NCBI GenBank assembly: GCA_049970495.1
Contig: JBMFMV010000002.1
Span: 24,976-88,975 of the forward strand
Source: a bacterium
GTDB lineage: Bacteria > DUMJ01
Reading direction: 5' to 3'
DNA length: 64,000 nucleotides
Shown here: positions 11,491 to 26,042 of the stretch, in pieces
Layout: the number at the start of each line of letters is the position of its first letter
Position numbering within the stretch: position 1 is the stretch's first letter
Position numbers and translations under genes: made by a program
The notes under the pieces: model-generated
Databases searched by the model: none
What the model was told of the DNA's origin: nothing
What the model saw: only the letters and a program-made list of their open reading frames with translations

Positions 11491-11610
11491 GATGAGAAAA
11501 TATCTGATGGACTGTACATTATAGATCTACAGAGAAGGATTCTTTATTGGAATGAATCAGCCAAAAAGATAATAGGATACTCAAAGCTAGAGGTATACCT
11601 TCAATTATAA
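11491..11610 (+). pseudogene. Remnant of a PAS-domain gene
   Basis: DEKISDGLYIIDLQRRILYWNESAKKIIGYSKLEV.. is a PAS N-terminal signature; in-frame TGA at 11488-11490 upstream and TAA at 11608-11610. Confidence 0.7.
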
Positions 11611-11621
11611 GGATCGCCCTC

Positions 11622-11650
11622 TTGACATGAATCATTTGAGTATATATAAT
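11622..11650 (+). promoter_or_regulatory. Consensus sigma70 promoter of arsR
   Basis: TTGACA-17-TATAAT exact. Confidence 0.85.
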
Positions 11651-11656
11651 TTGTTT

Positions 11657-11986
11657 ATGCGAAAATTTGAATATAATAATAAATTGTTAGATTTAATATG
11701 GAAAAGTTTTGGAGCCTTGGCCAATCCTGTAAGGCTCCGCATACTCTTAGCATTAAAAGAGGAACCTATGTGTGTATGCGAACTTGCAGAATATCTCAAT
11801 GAAAGGCAGCCTCTTATTTCTCAGCATTTAGCTATACTTAAGGATAGTGGATTAGTCGAGGCTAAGAGGATGGGTAATAGGATTCAATACAATATTAGCG
11901 ATGAGAGAATCATAGATGTTATATCGCTTATAGGAGAAATCACAATCAAAAGAGTAAAAGAATTAGTAGAGATACAGGAGGGATGA
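11657..11986 (+). CDS. ArsR/SmtB metalloregulator
   Basis: ALANPVRLRIL, MCVCEL, ISQHLAILK; the ORF-track start (11627) lies inside the promoter, so ATG 11657 is preferred. Confidence 0.9.
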   Translation: MRKFEYNNKLLDLIWKSFGALANPVRLRILLALKEEPMCVCELAEYLNERQPLISQHLAILKDSGLVEAKRMGNRIQYNISDERIIDVISLIGEITIKRVKELVEIQEG

Positions 11987-11989
11987 TTT

Positions 11990-12187
11990 ATGGCAAAGAA
12001 CTGGTATCCAATCATAGACTATGATAAGTGCATAGGAGATTTTGTCTGTGCTAATTTCTGTCCACATGGGGTGTATGCAATTGATGGTAATAAGCCAATT
12101 GTAATAAACCCCGATGAATGTGTAGAATTTTGTAGGGGATGCCAAAAGATATGCCCAGCAGATGCAATATCATATTTTGGGAGATAA
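11990..12187 (+). CDS. Dicluster-type ferredoxin
   Basis: CIGDFVCANFCP and CVEFCRGCQKICP; SD GGAGG. Confidence 0.9.
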   Translation: MAKNWYPIIDYDKCIGDFVCANFCPHGVYAIDGNKPIVINPDECVEFCRGCQKICPADAISYFGR

Positions 12188-12200
12188 GGAGGGAAAGTAA

Positions 12201-12550
12201 ATGGCAAAGAAAGGTGTAATTCTATGTGTATGTCAAGGTACCTGTCCATCTTTTCAACAGATGAATATCTTTGAGGTATTAAATACGTTAAGACATGAGA
12301 GACTTGTAGACTTTGTTGCTATCCATCCTCAGCTCTGTGCAGATGATGGAGACGCATTCTTTAACGTATTTCTCTCAGGAACAAATAATGAAGTAGAAAA
12401 ATTGGTGGTAGCTGGATGTGATCCCAATATGCAGAAAAAGATGTTTAGAGATGCCTTTGAATCTACAGGATTCGATAAGGCTAAGCATGTTGGGGTTGAC
12501 ATTCGTAATATGACCACAGAACAGGCTATAGAGGCGATAAAGAACGTCTT

Positions 12551-12554
<4 letters not shown>
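12201..12554 (+). CDS. Heterodisulfide reductase subunit A N-terminal-like protein
   Basis: GVILCVC, HPQLC, VVAGCDP, VDIRN resemble the HdrA N-terminal domain. Confidence 0.75.
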
Positions 12555-17399
<4,845 letters not shown>

Positions 17400-17403
<4 letters not shown>

Positions 17404-17822
17404 TTTAGTTCCTCCTTCAATACGTTATATAGCTTTATCAGCGACTCTCTTATCTCCTCCCTTTCTTTTTCATCTAATAGGCTAAGGGCTTTATTCAAGA
17501 CTTCAAGCTTTTCTTCCTTAATGTTCTCTAGTAAAGAGGCGCCTTCCTCTGTTACCTCTAAGATTATTACTCTCCTATCTTCTCTGCTTCTAACTCTCCT
17601 TACAAGATTATTACTCTCAAGCCTATCAACAAGGTCTGTTACAGTACTTGAGGAAAGATATAACAAGTCACACAAATCACCCATTGTAGGATGCTCATCT
17701 CTTATTATCTTTAGGGCTCTATACTGAAGAGGAGTAATATCATATTTCTCCATTAGTCTTCTATTTTTGCTCCTTATCAAAGCCAATATATCATTTAATA
17801 GAATCTCAATTTCTTCGTTCAT
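17400..17822 (-). CDS. MarR family regulator
   Basis: ITPLQY, SSTVTDLVDRLE, EDRR; likely start ATG 17822; overlaps the MATE start. Confidence 0.9.
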
Positions 17823-17825
17823 CGT

Positions 17826-17888
17826 AAATTTCGTCTCTCGAATATTTTGGATTAAGAAGATTTTACACAAAAATTAAGCTAATGTAAA
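17826..17888 (-). promoter_or_regulatory. marR-MATE promoter and probable operator
   Basis: Minus TTTACA-17-TAAAAT; downstream imperfect inverted repeat TTCG-N5-CGAA at about 17826-17847. Confidence 0.5.
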
Positions 17889-17902
17889 GATATAAGGGTT
17901 TA

Positions 17903-18961
17903 CTATTTTGAGAGTTGGCACATAGAAGCTACTATAACATTATGTAACCTTGGACGAAATTCAATTATTCTCTCTGTACTTTCATCTAGGGATCCAACCT
18001 TTCTAGATAGATGAGTTCTATTAGAGAGAAAGACCACTATAAGTTTTTTTATTGGGTCTATCCAAAGACTTGTCCCTGTATAGCCAGTATGCCCAAAAGA
18101 TTTTTCGCTAAACAAGTCTCCACAAGAAGAATTTATACTTTTTATCACCCATCCTAATCCTCTTCTCTCTTCCCCAAAAGAGATATGTTCCTTTGTGAAA
18201 AGCTCTATAGTGAAAGGAGAAAATATACAGTATTCAGGATTTATATATGATCTAGCATATTTATATAAATCTTGAGCGGTAGAAAATAGACCAGCATTAC
18301 CACTAACTCCGCCTTGATAATAGGATAGTTCATCATCAGGTTCCCCCCTAAGGATTTTACCATCTCTTTTACAAGTAGGAGCTACCCTTGAGATGTCTTT
18401 TGGAAGAAAGTCTGTATCTTTCATTCCCAAAGGGATAAATATATGTTCTTTTACAAACTTATCCAGAGAGCTCTGAGTAACCTTCTCTACGATATACCCT
18501 AAGAATATAAAATTAAGACAAGAATAGACGGTATTAGTCCCTGTTTGATAGGAGAGTTCTGTCTTTAAAAGCTCCTCTTTTAACTCAGATGGACTATTAG
18601 TGTATCTCCACGCATTAGAATAAGGGGGAAGCCCTGAGGTATGAGTTAAGAGATGGAAGATTCTAACTTCTTGTTTTGGCCCAACAGAAAACTCCGGTAA
18701 GAATCTCTTAACAGGGTCCCATAATCTTATCTCACCTAGCTCCAAGAGTCTCATAATAGCTGGAGTAGTTGCTATTACCTTAGTAAGACTAGCTAAGTCG
18801 TATATAGTATCTATAGTATTTATCTCTTTTTCAGGATAAACTGTCCTATAACCATAAGCCTTTTCTAAAAGGACCTCTTTATCTGTCCCTACCAGTAAAA
18901 CACTACCAGGAAAAGTGCCATAATCCACATATCTCGATATAAGATTATCTGTACTTTCCAT
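17903..18961 (-). CDS. Beta-lactamase-family serine hydrolase
   Basis: ASLTK (SxxK), LLTHTSG, YSCLNF, FGHTGYTG. Confidence 0.9.
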   Translation of the reverse strand: MESTDNLISRYVDYGTFPGSVLLVGTDKEVLLEKAYGYRTVYPEKEINTIDTIYDLASLTKVIATTPAIMRLLELGEIRLWDPVKRFLPEFSVGPKQEVRIFHLLTHTSGLPPYSNAWRYTNSPSELKEELLKTELSYQTGTNTVYSCLNFIFLGYIVEKVTQSSLDKFVKEHIFIPLGMKDTDFLPKDISRVAPTCKRDGKILRGEPDDELSYYQGGVSGNAGLFSTAQDLYKYARSYINPEYCIFSPFTIELFTKEHISFGEERRGLGWVIKSINSSCGDLFSEKSFGHTGYTGTSLWIDPIKKLIVVFLSNRTHLSRKVGSLDESTERIIEFRPRLHNVIVASMCQLSK

Positions 18962-19107
18962 ATCCCCTCCAAAAACTTTTTGGGTTTTAATATTATTATA
19001 CCCATTAAAAGAAGAAAAATATTATCAACTTGACAAAATTATTCTAGCCGTTATACTTTTTACTATTAGTTAAAAATCAATATTAGGGGGTATCTATAAT
19101 AGCAGAA

Positions 19108-20220
19108 GTGTTTGGAATAGGATTTTGGATTATTTTTGCTATCTTAAGATGGAGTTTCAAAAAGCCTAGAAGAATCATCTTTTTCCCGAGGATCATCTCT
19201 CGATTTGTTATTGCTAATGTCAGAAGGAGCAGATTATCAAAGCACATTGAAGGACAAATTCCAGGAGTTTTAGCTATAAGTCCAACTATGAATTGTAACT
19301 ACAATTGCATTGGCTGTTATTCTAGAGACAGACTTACAGATGAGGAGCTCTCTACTGAGGAACTTGATAAACTCTTTACTGAAGCAGAACATCTGGGTAT
19401 CTCCTCTGTTGTAGTTACTGGAGGAGAACCATTCTTAAGAAGAGACCTTATAGGACTTATGGAGAAGCATAAAACTCTATTATTTGTAGTTATTACAAAT
19501 GGTTCTTTCTTTTCTCCTATGCTTGTAAGAAGAATTGCTGATAGTGGAAATATAATAGTCCTAATAAGCATAGAAGGATTTGAAGAAGACACTGACAAGA
19601 GAAGAAAAGACGGGGCATATAATACTGCTGTTAAAGCTATGAGATTAATGAGCACTAAAGATGTACTATATGGTTTTGCAGCTACTAATACTTGTAGAAA
19701 CTTTGGTACACTCTCCTCTGATGAATTTATTGATAAAATGATCTCGTTGGGTTGTACTTTAGGGTTTTTCACCGAATATGTTCCATGTGGAAATAATCCA
19801 AGATATGATTGGTTAATGAGTCAATCCCAGAGAGAAGAATTAAGAAGAACTGTTATAAAGCTTCGTAAGACTAAGCCAATAGTCATTATACAGTTTCCTC
19901 ACGATGAATATGGGAAGGATAATATATGTTCAGCAGCAGGAAAGGCCTCTTTTCATATAAACTCAAAAGGTGATGTAGAACCCTGTCCCTTTTCTCCATA
20001 TTCTTGTGATAATGTGAGAAATGGCGGCTTAGAATTAGCCTGTAAATCTAAGTTCCTCAAAACTATAAGAGAACATCAGGAACTTTTAAGAAGAAAGGAC
20101 TATGCCTGCGCCCTATTTGAACATAGAGAGGAGATAGAAAAGCTTTGTGAAAACTTGAAAGGGAAGAAAAAAATGATAAATTATAAAGGCCTATCAATAG
20201 CCTATGATGCAGAACATTGA
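19108..20220 (+). CDS. Radical SAM protein with SPASM/twitch-like C-terminus
   Basis: CNYNCIGC, TGGEPF, TNG, CSAAG...EPCPF; start codon uncertain. Confidence 0.85.
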   Translation: MFGIGFWIIFAILRWSFKKPRRIIFFPRIISRFVIANVRRSRLSKHIEGQIPGVLAISPTMNCNYNCIGCYSRDRLTDEELSTEELDKLFTEAEHLGISSVVVTGGEPFLRRDLIGLMEKHKTLLFVVITNGSFFSPMLVRRIADSGNIIVLISIEGFEEDTDKRRKDGAYNTAVKAMRLMSTKDVLYGFAATNTCRNFGTLSSDEFIDKMISLGCTLGFFTEYVPCGNNPRYDWLMSQSQREELRRTVIKLRKTKPIVIIQFPHDEYGKDNICSAAGKASFHINSKGDVEPCPFSPYSCDNVRNGGLELACKSKFLKTIREHQELLRRKDYACALFEHREEIEKLCENLKGKKKMINYKGLSIAYDAEH

Positions 20221-20227
20221 CACACAC

Positions 20228-20278
20228 TTGACTTTGTAGTTGTACTATGTTATACTCTTCGGTAAGATGGTAAGACCA
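20228..20278 (+). promoter_or_regulatory. Promoter of the ABC operon with a FadR/GntR-type operator
   Basis: TTGACT-17-TATACT (20228-20256); palindrome TGGTAAGACCA 20268-20278. Confidence 0.65.
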
Positions 20279-20408
20279 CTAGAAAGGTGGTGAGAGGGAA
20301 AAGTAAAATCTTTAACTTAAAGAAGTACTAGTATTTAGTCTAGTTAACCTGCAATAAGGTATTCAGTATTTAAAATTAATCTTCTATTTTAAGAAATATG
20401 GGAGGTAT

Positions 20409-22136
20409 ATGGAGATGAAAATTTTAAGAGTTTTTCTAGCTATTAGTTTAGTGTTGTTAATCTCTATAATGTCTACACCAATAATGGCTCAAGAGTATCC
20501 TGTCCCTAGAAACCAGGCTTATGTCTATGAGACAGACACCAAGTATACTGTATTTGACAAGGCAAATACATTCGTTCCTAGAGGTACTCAATGGGGATCT
20601 GGTTGGCACCAAGTTGCAAATGAGTGGGACTGGTATATAAATTACGCCACAGGAGAGACTATCTATTGGAGAATAACTGGTTGGAAGTACTCTAGAGACC
20701 GTCTAGAACTGAGATGGTTTGTAAGAAAAGGAGTCACTTGGAACGATGGGACTCCTTATACTGCACACGACATTGTATTTACCATAGAGACTCTAATGAA
20801 AAATCCTGATCTATTGGGGTCTGTTCATGTAACTAATGTCAAATCTGTAAGCGCAATAGATGATTATACTGTTAGCATAAAGTTTAAGAACCCAGAGTAC
20901 AGATTCCATCACAAATTGAGAATGTGGGGAGGTATTACAGTAGTAGCTAAGCATAAATGGGCAGGAAAAGACCCAAGGGATTATGCTAACTGGCCTCCAG
21001 TAGAGACAGGTCCATATAAGTTCCATAGTTATAATAAAGACCTAAACCTATTTATTTGGGAAAGAGATGAAAATTACTGGGCAAAGAAGGTATTTGGAGT
21101 TTCTCCAGGACCTAAATACGTAGTCTGCAGGATGGCGCCACCTCCTGATATAGACCTTGCTGACTTTATAAGGGGTGGCGTAGATGCTCCTCTACCTCAT
21201 ATCTTTACATGGGAGATGATTAAAGCTGCCCAGAGAAGGACTGAACATGTAGTACTTGCTCCCTATATGGACGCAGTATCTCAAGGGCTTACATATAACT
21301 GCGCTAAGTATCCAACAAGTTTAAGGGACTTCAGATGGGCAATACAGTATCTTATAAATAGAGATCTATTAGCAAAGACATATCCTATGGCAGAGAAGTC
21401 TTATCCTACAATGTGGCCATGGCCAGACTGGAAGGCTCTAGATAAGTGGGAATTTCCGGATATACAGAAAAAATACGGTGAAATGATGAAGTATGATCCT
21501 AAGAAGGCTGAAGCAATTCTCGATAGACTTGGATTCAAGAAAGGACCAGATGGTAAGAGAAGAACACCCAAGGGTGAACCCTTAAGTTTGGTACTACTTA
21601 CAAGGCCTGCACCAGACTTAGGTTACGTCCATGCAAAACACCTATCAGATGAGTTAGCTAAAATAGGAATAGAGGGAATAATAAAATCTGTAGATCCAGG
21701 AATGTTTGGAGAACTTGTCAATACTGGGAACTATGATATCGCCTTTGATGTCTTAGACGTAGCAGTAGCATTTCCTAACGATATATATCCATTCCTCGAT
21801 TCATACCATAGTAGACATGTAAAACCGATCGGAGAATATCAGACTTCTGGAGACAGAATGAGATCTAAGTTACAGTCTAAGGACTTGGATAAGATTACAG
21901 ATACCCTTGCCAATATGGATCCAGATAGCTCTAAGTATATGCTCTATGCCAAGAGAGGACTAGATATATGGTTTAGAGAGCTCCCATCTGTTCCAATCGT
22001 AGAAAAGATGTTCGTTCAAGTATTTTCTGATCAATACTGGAAAGGTTGGCCTACCGAAGGAAATATGTATCATGTTCCTTATCAGTGGTGGCCCAGTTTT
22101 ATCTTTATCCTATTTAAATTAAAGCCGGCTAGTTAG
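20409..22136 (+). CDS. Family 5 ABC solute-binding protein (probably oligosaccharide)
   Basis: Signal peptide, VRKGVTWNDGTPYTAHD, PVETGPY, Trp-rich C-terminus. Confidence 0.88.
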   Translation: MEMKILRVFLAISLVLLISIMSTPIMAQEYPVPRNQAYVYETDTKYTVFDKANTFVPRGTQWGSGWHQVANEWDWYINYATGETIYWRITGWKYSRDRLELRWFVRKGVTWNDGTPYTAHDIVFTIETLMKNPDLLGSVHVTNVKSVSAIDDYTVSIKFKNPEYRFHHKLRMWGGITVVAKHKWAGKDPRDYANWPPVETGPYKFHSYNKDLNLFIWERDENYWAKKVFGVSPGPKYVVCRMAPPPDIDLADFIRGGVDAPLPHIFTWEMIKAAQRRTEHVVLAPYMDAVSQGLTYNCAKYPTSLRDFRWAIQYLINRDLLAKTYPMAEKSYPTMWPWPDWKALDKWEFPDIQKKYGEMMKYDPKKAEAILDRLGFKKGPDGKRRTPKGEPLSLVLLTRPAPDLGYVHAKHLSDELAKIGIEGIIKSVDPGMFGELVNTGNYDIAFDVLDVAVAFPNDIYPFLDSYHSRHVKPIGEYQTSGDRMRSKLQSKDLDKITDTLANMDPDSSKYMLYAKRGLDIWFRELPSVPIVEKMFVQVFSDQYWKGWPTEGNMYHVPYQWWPSFIFILFKLKPAS

Positions 22137-22143
22137 TCTACTA

Positions 22144-22187
22144 AGAGCCACCTGGCTTTCTTAAACAAAAGCCAGGTGGCTCTATTT
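22144..22187 (+). terminator. Hairpin after the SBP gene (stabiliser or partial terminator)
   Basis: 16-bp perfect stem AGAGCCACCTGGCTTT/AAAGCCAGGTGGCTCT. Confidence 0.7.
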
Positions 22188-22218
22188 AAAATCTTATGGA
22201 TTAGGAGAAGGATAAAAG

Positions 22219-23229
22219 ATGAAAAAATCGATTTTCAGTTATCTAATTAATAGAATTCTTCTCTATGCATTAATTTTTCTTATCTCTCTAAGTGCTTTCT
22301 TCTTCTTTATAAATCTTGTTCCCGGAGACCCGGTTACCCGTTACATTCAGATGATGGAACAGAGATATGGACTATCTACCCCAGCCTCTGAGATAGTTAT
22401 TCAAAAGTATAAGGAGGTCTTTGGTCTCAATAAGGGGCTATTCGAAAGATACACTTCCTATCTTTCTAGACTTATATTGCACTTAGACTTTGGCCCATCA
22501 TTTGTAGCGTTTCCAAAACCGGCTATTGAACTTATATTAGAGTCTTTACCTTGGTCTATAGGACTTCTAGGAACATCTGTAATAATAGCGTGGGTCTTAG
22601 GAGTAATGCTAGGAACTATTATAGGATGGAAGAGAGAATCCAAGATAAGCTCAATAGTCTTTACTACAGGGCTAGTAATATCTCAGATACCAACGTATCT
22701 CTTAGCTATAGTCTTAGTCATGATTTTTACCTTCTGGCTAAATCTATTCCCTATGGGCGGAGCTTACTCTGCTATGCTACAGCGTAGTTTTAGTTTACGA
22801 TTCATACTTAGCCTTATAAAACATGCATTTCTACCATCTATGTCTCTTGTCTTTGTCTATGTCTTTGGAACAATGATATCTCAAAGGGCATTAGTAATAA
22901 ATGTCTTAGGAGAAGATTATATAAAGCTTGCGGAGGCTAAAGGATTAAAAAGTTCTCGTCTAGTGAATAGATATATATTGAGGAACACATTATTACCCCA
23001 GACTACAGGGCTTGCTTTAAGTTTAGGTTTTATTGTGAATGGATTCTTCCTGATAGAATGGATATTTAACTATCCTGGAATTGGAAGGCTATTTATGATG
23101 GCGATAAGAGAGATGGACTATAATGTCCTTATGGGAATCACAATTACTACTATGTTCTGTGTTCTTACAGCAAATCTTATTATAGAATTCCTGTACCCAT
23201 TAATTGATCCAAGGATAAGGAGAGGATAA
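22219..23229 (+). CDS. OppB/DppB-type permease
   Basis: VPGDP, AEAKGL, FNYPGIG, DPRIR. Confidence 0.92.
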   Translation: MKKSIFSYLINRILLYALIFLISLSAFFFFINLVPGDPVTRYIQMMEQRYGLSTPASEIVIQKYKEVFGLNKGLFERYTSYLSRLILHLDFGPSFVAFPKPAIELILESLPWSIGLLGTSVIIAWVLGVMLGTIIGWKRESKISSIVFTTGLVISQIPTYLLAIVLVMIFTFWLNLFPMGGAYSAMLQRSFSLRFILSLIKHAFLPSMSLVFVYVFGTMISQRALVINVLGEDYIKLAEAKGLKSSRLVNRYILRNTLLPQTTGLALSLGFIVNGFFLIEWIFNYPGIGRLFMMAIREMDYNVLMGITITTMFCVLTANLIIEFLYPLIDPRIRRG

Positions 23230-23230
23230 G

Positions 23231-24097
23231 ATGAAGAGAGTCTTATTAATCTTAAAATATTCCCCTAAACTCACTACTGGAATTATTATAATATTATCTT
23301 TAGTGCTTTTAGCAATTTTAGAACCAACTATAAATTACTACAGACTTGGTGGGAGGTCGTCTACAGAGATTGGTCTATTCGATACATTTCTTCCACCAAG
23401 TCGCGAACATCCATTTGGGACAGAGGCATATGGTAGGGATGTGTTTTCTCTATTGTTAACAGGTTTAAAGTATTCTCTTCTTATTGGTTTTACTGCAGGT
23501 GCCTTAGCTACAGCTATCGCTGTAGTTTTGGCATCAATAGCTGGTTATAAAGGAGGAAGAATAGAGGCATTTATAACTACCATAGCTAACGCTATTCTTA
23601 TTATTCCTTCATGGCCTATATTGGCTATAATAGTTCTTTTTGTTAGAAAGGTAGATTTGTTTCTACTCTCACTGATACTGGCATTCTTTAGTTGGGCAGG
23701 ATCTTCTCGACAGATAAAGGCTCAGATTGCTAGCTTAAGAGAGAGACCCTACATAGATCTTGCCAGAGTCACAGGGTTTAGTGATCTAGAGATTATGTTT
23801 AAAGAAATACTACCAAACTTTCTCCCTTACATCTTTGTTGGTTTTTCCTACGCAGTAACGGGAACAATAATGGCTGAGACCGCCTTAAGGCTTGTTGGTT
23901 TAGGACCAGCAGATATTCCATCTCTAGGACAGTTCATAAATTGGGCAATATATTCAGGAACATTAGCCCAAGGACATTATATAATTGTTATTTCTCCTAT
24001 AGCATTTCTTATACTGACATTTGTTTCTTTGAATCTTATAAATGTAGGATTAGACGAAGTATTTAATCCTAGACTCAAACAGGTTACAGGAGTATAA
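23231..24097 (+). CDS. OppC/DppC-type permease
   Basis: HPFGTEAYGRD, DEVFNPRL. Confidence 0.92.
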   Translation: MKRVLLILKYSPKLTTGIIIILSLVLLAILEPTINYYRLGGRSSTEIGLFDTFLPPSREHPFGTEAYGRDVFSLLLTGLKYSLLIGFTAGALATAIAVVLASIAGYKGGRIEAFITTIANAILIIPSWPILAIIVLFVRKVDLFLLSLILAFFSWAGSSRQIKAQIASLRERPYIDLARVTGFSDLEIMFKEILPNFLPYIFVGFSYAVTGTIMAETALRLVGLGPADIPSLGQFINWAIYSGTLAQGHYIIVISPIAFLILTFVSLNLINVGLDEVFNPRLKQVTGV

Positions 24098-24098
24098 A

Positions 24099-25055
24099 AT
24101 GAATACGATACTTGAAGTGGAAAATTTAAAGGTGTATTTCAAAACAATTCTTGGTGATGCAAAATCGGTTGATGGGGTATCCCTGAAAGTATTTGAAGGG
24201 GAGATCTTAGGTATAGCTGGGGAATCAGGATGTGGTAAGTCTACTCTAGTGGAGGGGGTATTAAAGATCTATAAACCTCCATGCTATATACCTGAAGGTA
24301 AAGTCTATTATAAAGGTATGGATCTATTAAACCTCCCAGAAGAAGAGTTTAGAAAACTAAGGTGGAAAGAATTGTCTTATGTTCCTCAGGGTTCTATGAA
24401 TTCATTGAATCCTGTTATAAAAATTGAAGAGCAGATGATAGATGGTATTATGTCACACACTGATATCTCATACCGTGAGGCTAAAGAATTAGCACTATCT
24501 GCTCTTAATTCTGTAGGTATGCCGCCTGATGTATTGGAGATGTATCCTCATGAACTAAGTGGAGGTATGAGACAGCGTGTCTGTATTGCTATGAGCATAT
24601 GCTTAAATCCTAAGATAGTATTTGCTGACGAACCAATAACTGGCTTAGATGTCGTAATGCAGAAGTTAAATCTACAGACCTTAGGAGATTTGAGAGATAG
24701 ATTTGGTATAACTGTTGTAATGGTTGCACATGATATGGCTTGTCATGCAGAGATATGTGATAGGATATGCATTATGTATGCTGGGAAAATATTAGAGATT
24801 GGATCTACCTTCGATATATTTTCTGATCCTCTCCATCCATATACCAAGGGACTCTTATCTGCAGTACCTTCTTTAGAGAAGAAGGATCTAAAAGGCATTC
24901 CTGGTCTTGCACCAAGTCCCCTAGAATGGCCTAGTGGCTGTAGATTTCATCCTAGATGCTCATACAGGATGAAGATATGTGAGGAAAAAGAACCTATTCT
25001 AAAAGAAATTCAGCCCGGTCGTTCTGTAGCTTGTTTTCTTTATGGAGGAGAATAA
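24099..25055 (+). CDS. OppD-type ABC ATPase
   Basis: GESGCGKS, LSGGMRQR, DEP, C-terminal Cys domain. Confidence 0.94.
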   Translation: MNTILEVENLKVYFKTILGDAKSVDGVSLKVFEGEILGIAGESGCGKSTLVEGVLKIYKPPCYIPEGKVYYKGMDLLNLPEEEFRKLRWKELSYVPQGSMNSLNPVIKIEEQMIDGIMSHTDISYREAKELALSALNSVGMPPDVLEMYPHELSGGMRQRVCIAMSICLNPKIVFADEPITGLDVVMQKLNLQTLGDLRDRFGITVVMVAHDMACHAEICDRICIMYAGKILEIGSTFDIFSDPLHPYTKGLLSAVPSLEKKDLKGIPGLAPSPLEWPSGCRFHPRCSYRMKICEEKEPILKEIQPGRSVACFLYGGE

Positions 25056-26033
25056 ATGAACGATGGTCTATTAACATTTCAAAATGTTTCTAAGGTTTTT
25101 AGAAGGGTGGGTTTTGGTTTTTTAGGTAGAGCTACAGTTCAGGCTCTTAAGGATGTTTCTTTCTCTTTAAGTCTAGAACCAGAAGTTCTAGCTTTGGTAG
25201 GAGAAAGCGGAAGTGGAAAGAGCACCATATGTAGGCTTATTCTGGGTTTAGAAGAGCCTACTTCTGGAGAGATACTCTATAAGGGTAGGGGTATTTCTGA
25301 TTGGTTAAAGAATAGTAAGAAGGAATACATAAGAGAGGTACAGATCATATTCCAAGACCCATATGAAGTTTACAATCCTTTCTACAGGGTAGATAGGGTC
25401 TTATGGATGGCCATCAAAAAATTCAATATTGCATCTGATAATGAGGCTGAAAGACTCATCTATGAGAGTTTAGAGGCGGTGGGCTTAAGGCCTAGAGAAA
25501 TATTAGGGAGATATCCTCACCAATTAAGTGGTGGAGAAAGACAGAGGATTATGCTCTCTAGAATTTACCTCATAAAGCCTAGATTACTGGTGGCGGATGA
25601 ACCTGTTTCTATGCTAGATGCTTCCTTAAGGGCTATATTCTTAGACCATTTGAGAGAATTTAAAAAACTAGGGATAAGCTCCCTCTATATAACTCACGAT
25701 TTGAATACTGCCTATTATATAGCTGATAGAATAATGATCATCTACTCTGGAAGGATCCTTGAGAGGGGACCAACAGAGGATGTTATAAAAGACCCGTTGC
25801 ATCCATATACTAAGATGCTGATAACTTCTATTCCCGTGCCCGATCCAAACAAGAGGTGGCAAGACAGAGTAGTAATTGATATAGCAAAACTACAAAAGGT
25901 ATCTGGAAGAGAGTCTATAGATGGCTGTCCATTCTATAATAGATGCCAATTCGCAATGGATAAATGTGAAAGTAACTTTCCGCCAATAAGGAGAATTAAT
26001 AATCAGGAAGTTAACTGTTTTCTCTACGAATAG
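25056..26033 (+). CDS. OppF-type ABC ATPase
   Basis: GESGSGKS, LSGGERQR, DEPVSMLD. Confidence 0.94.
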   Translation: MNDGLLTFQNVSKVFRRVGFGFLGRATVQALKDVSFSLSLEPEVLALVGESGSGKSTICRLILGLEEPTSGEILYKGRGISDWLKNSKKEYIREVQIIFQDPYEVYNPFYRVDRVLWMAIKKFNIASDNEAERLIYESLEAVGLRPREILGRYPHQLSGGERQRIMLSRIYLIKPRLLVADEPVSMLDASLRAIFLDHLREFKKLGISSLYITHDLNTAYYIADRIMIIYSGRILERGPTEDVIKDPLHPYTKMLITSIPVPDPNKRWQDRVVIDIAKLQKVSGRESIDGCPFYNRCQFAMDKCESNFPPIRRINNQEVNCFLYE

Positions 26034-26042
26034 GAGGTTTTT

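Noticed and set aside
11627..11656. ORF-track N-terminal extensions (also 46078-46119, 17823-17870, 63042-63077)
   Set aside because: They overlap promoter elements or lie upstream of the better SD-associated start
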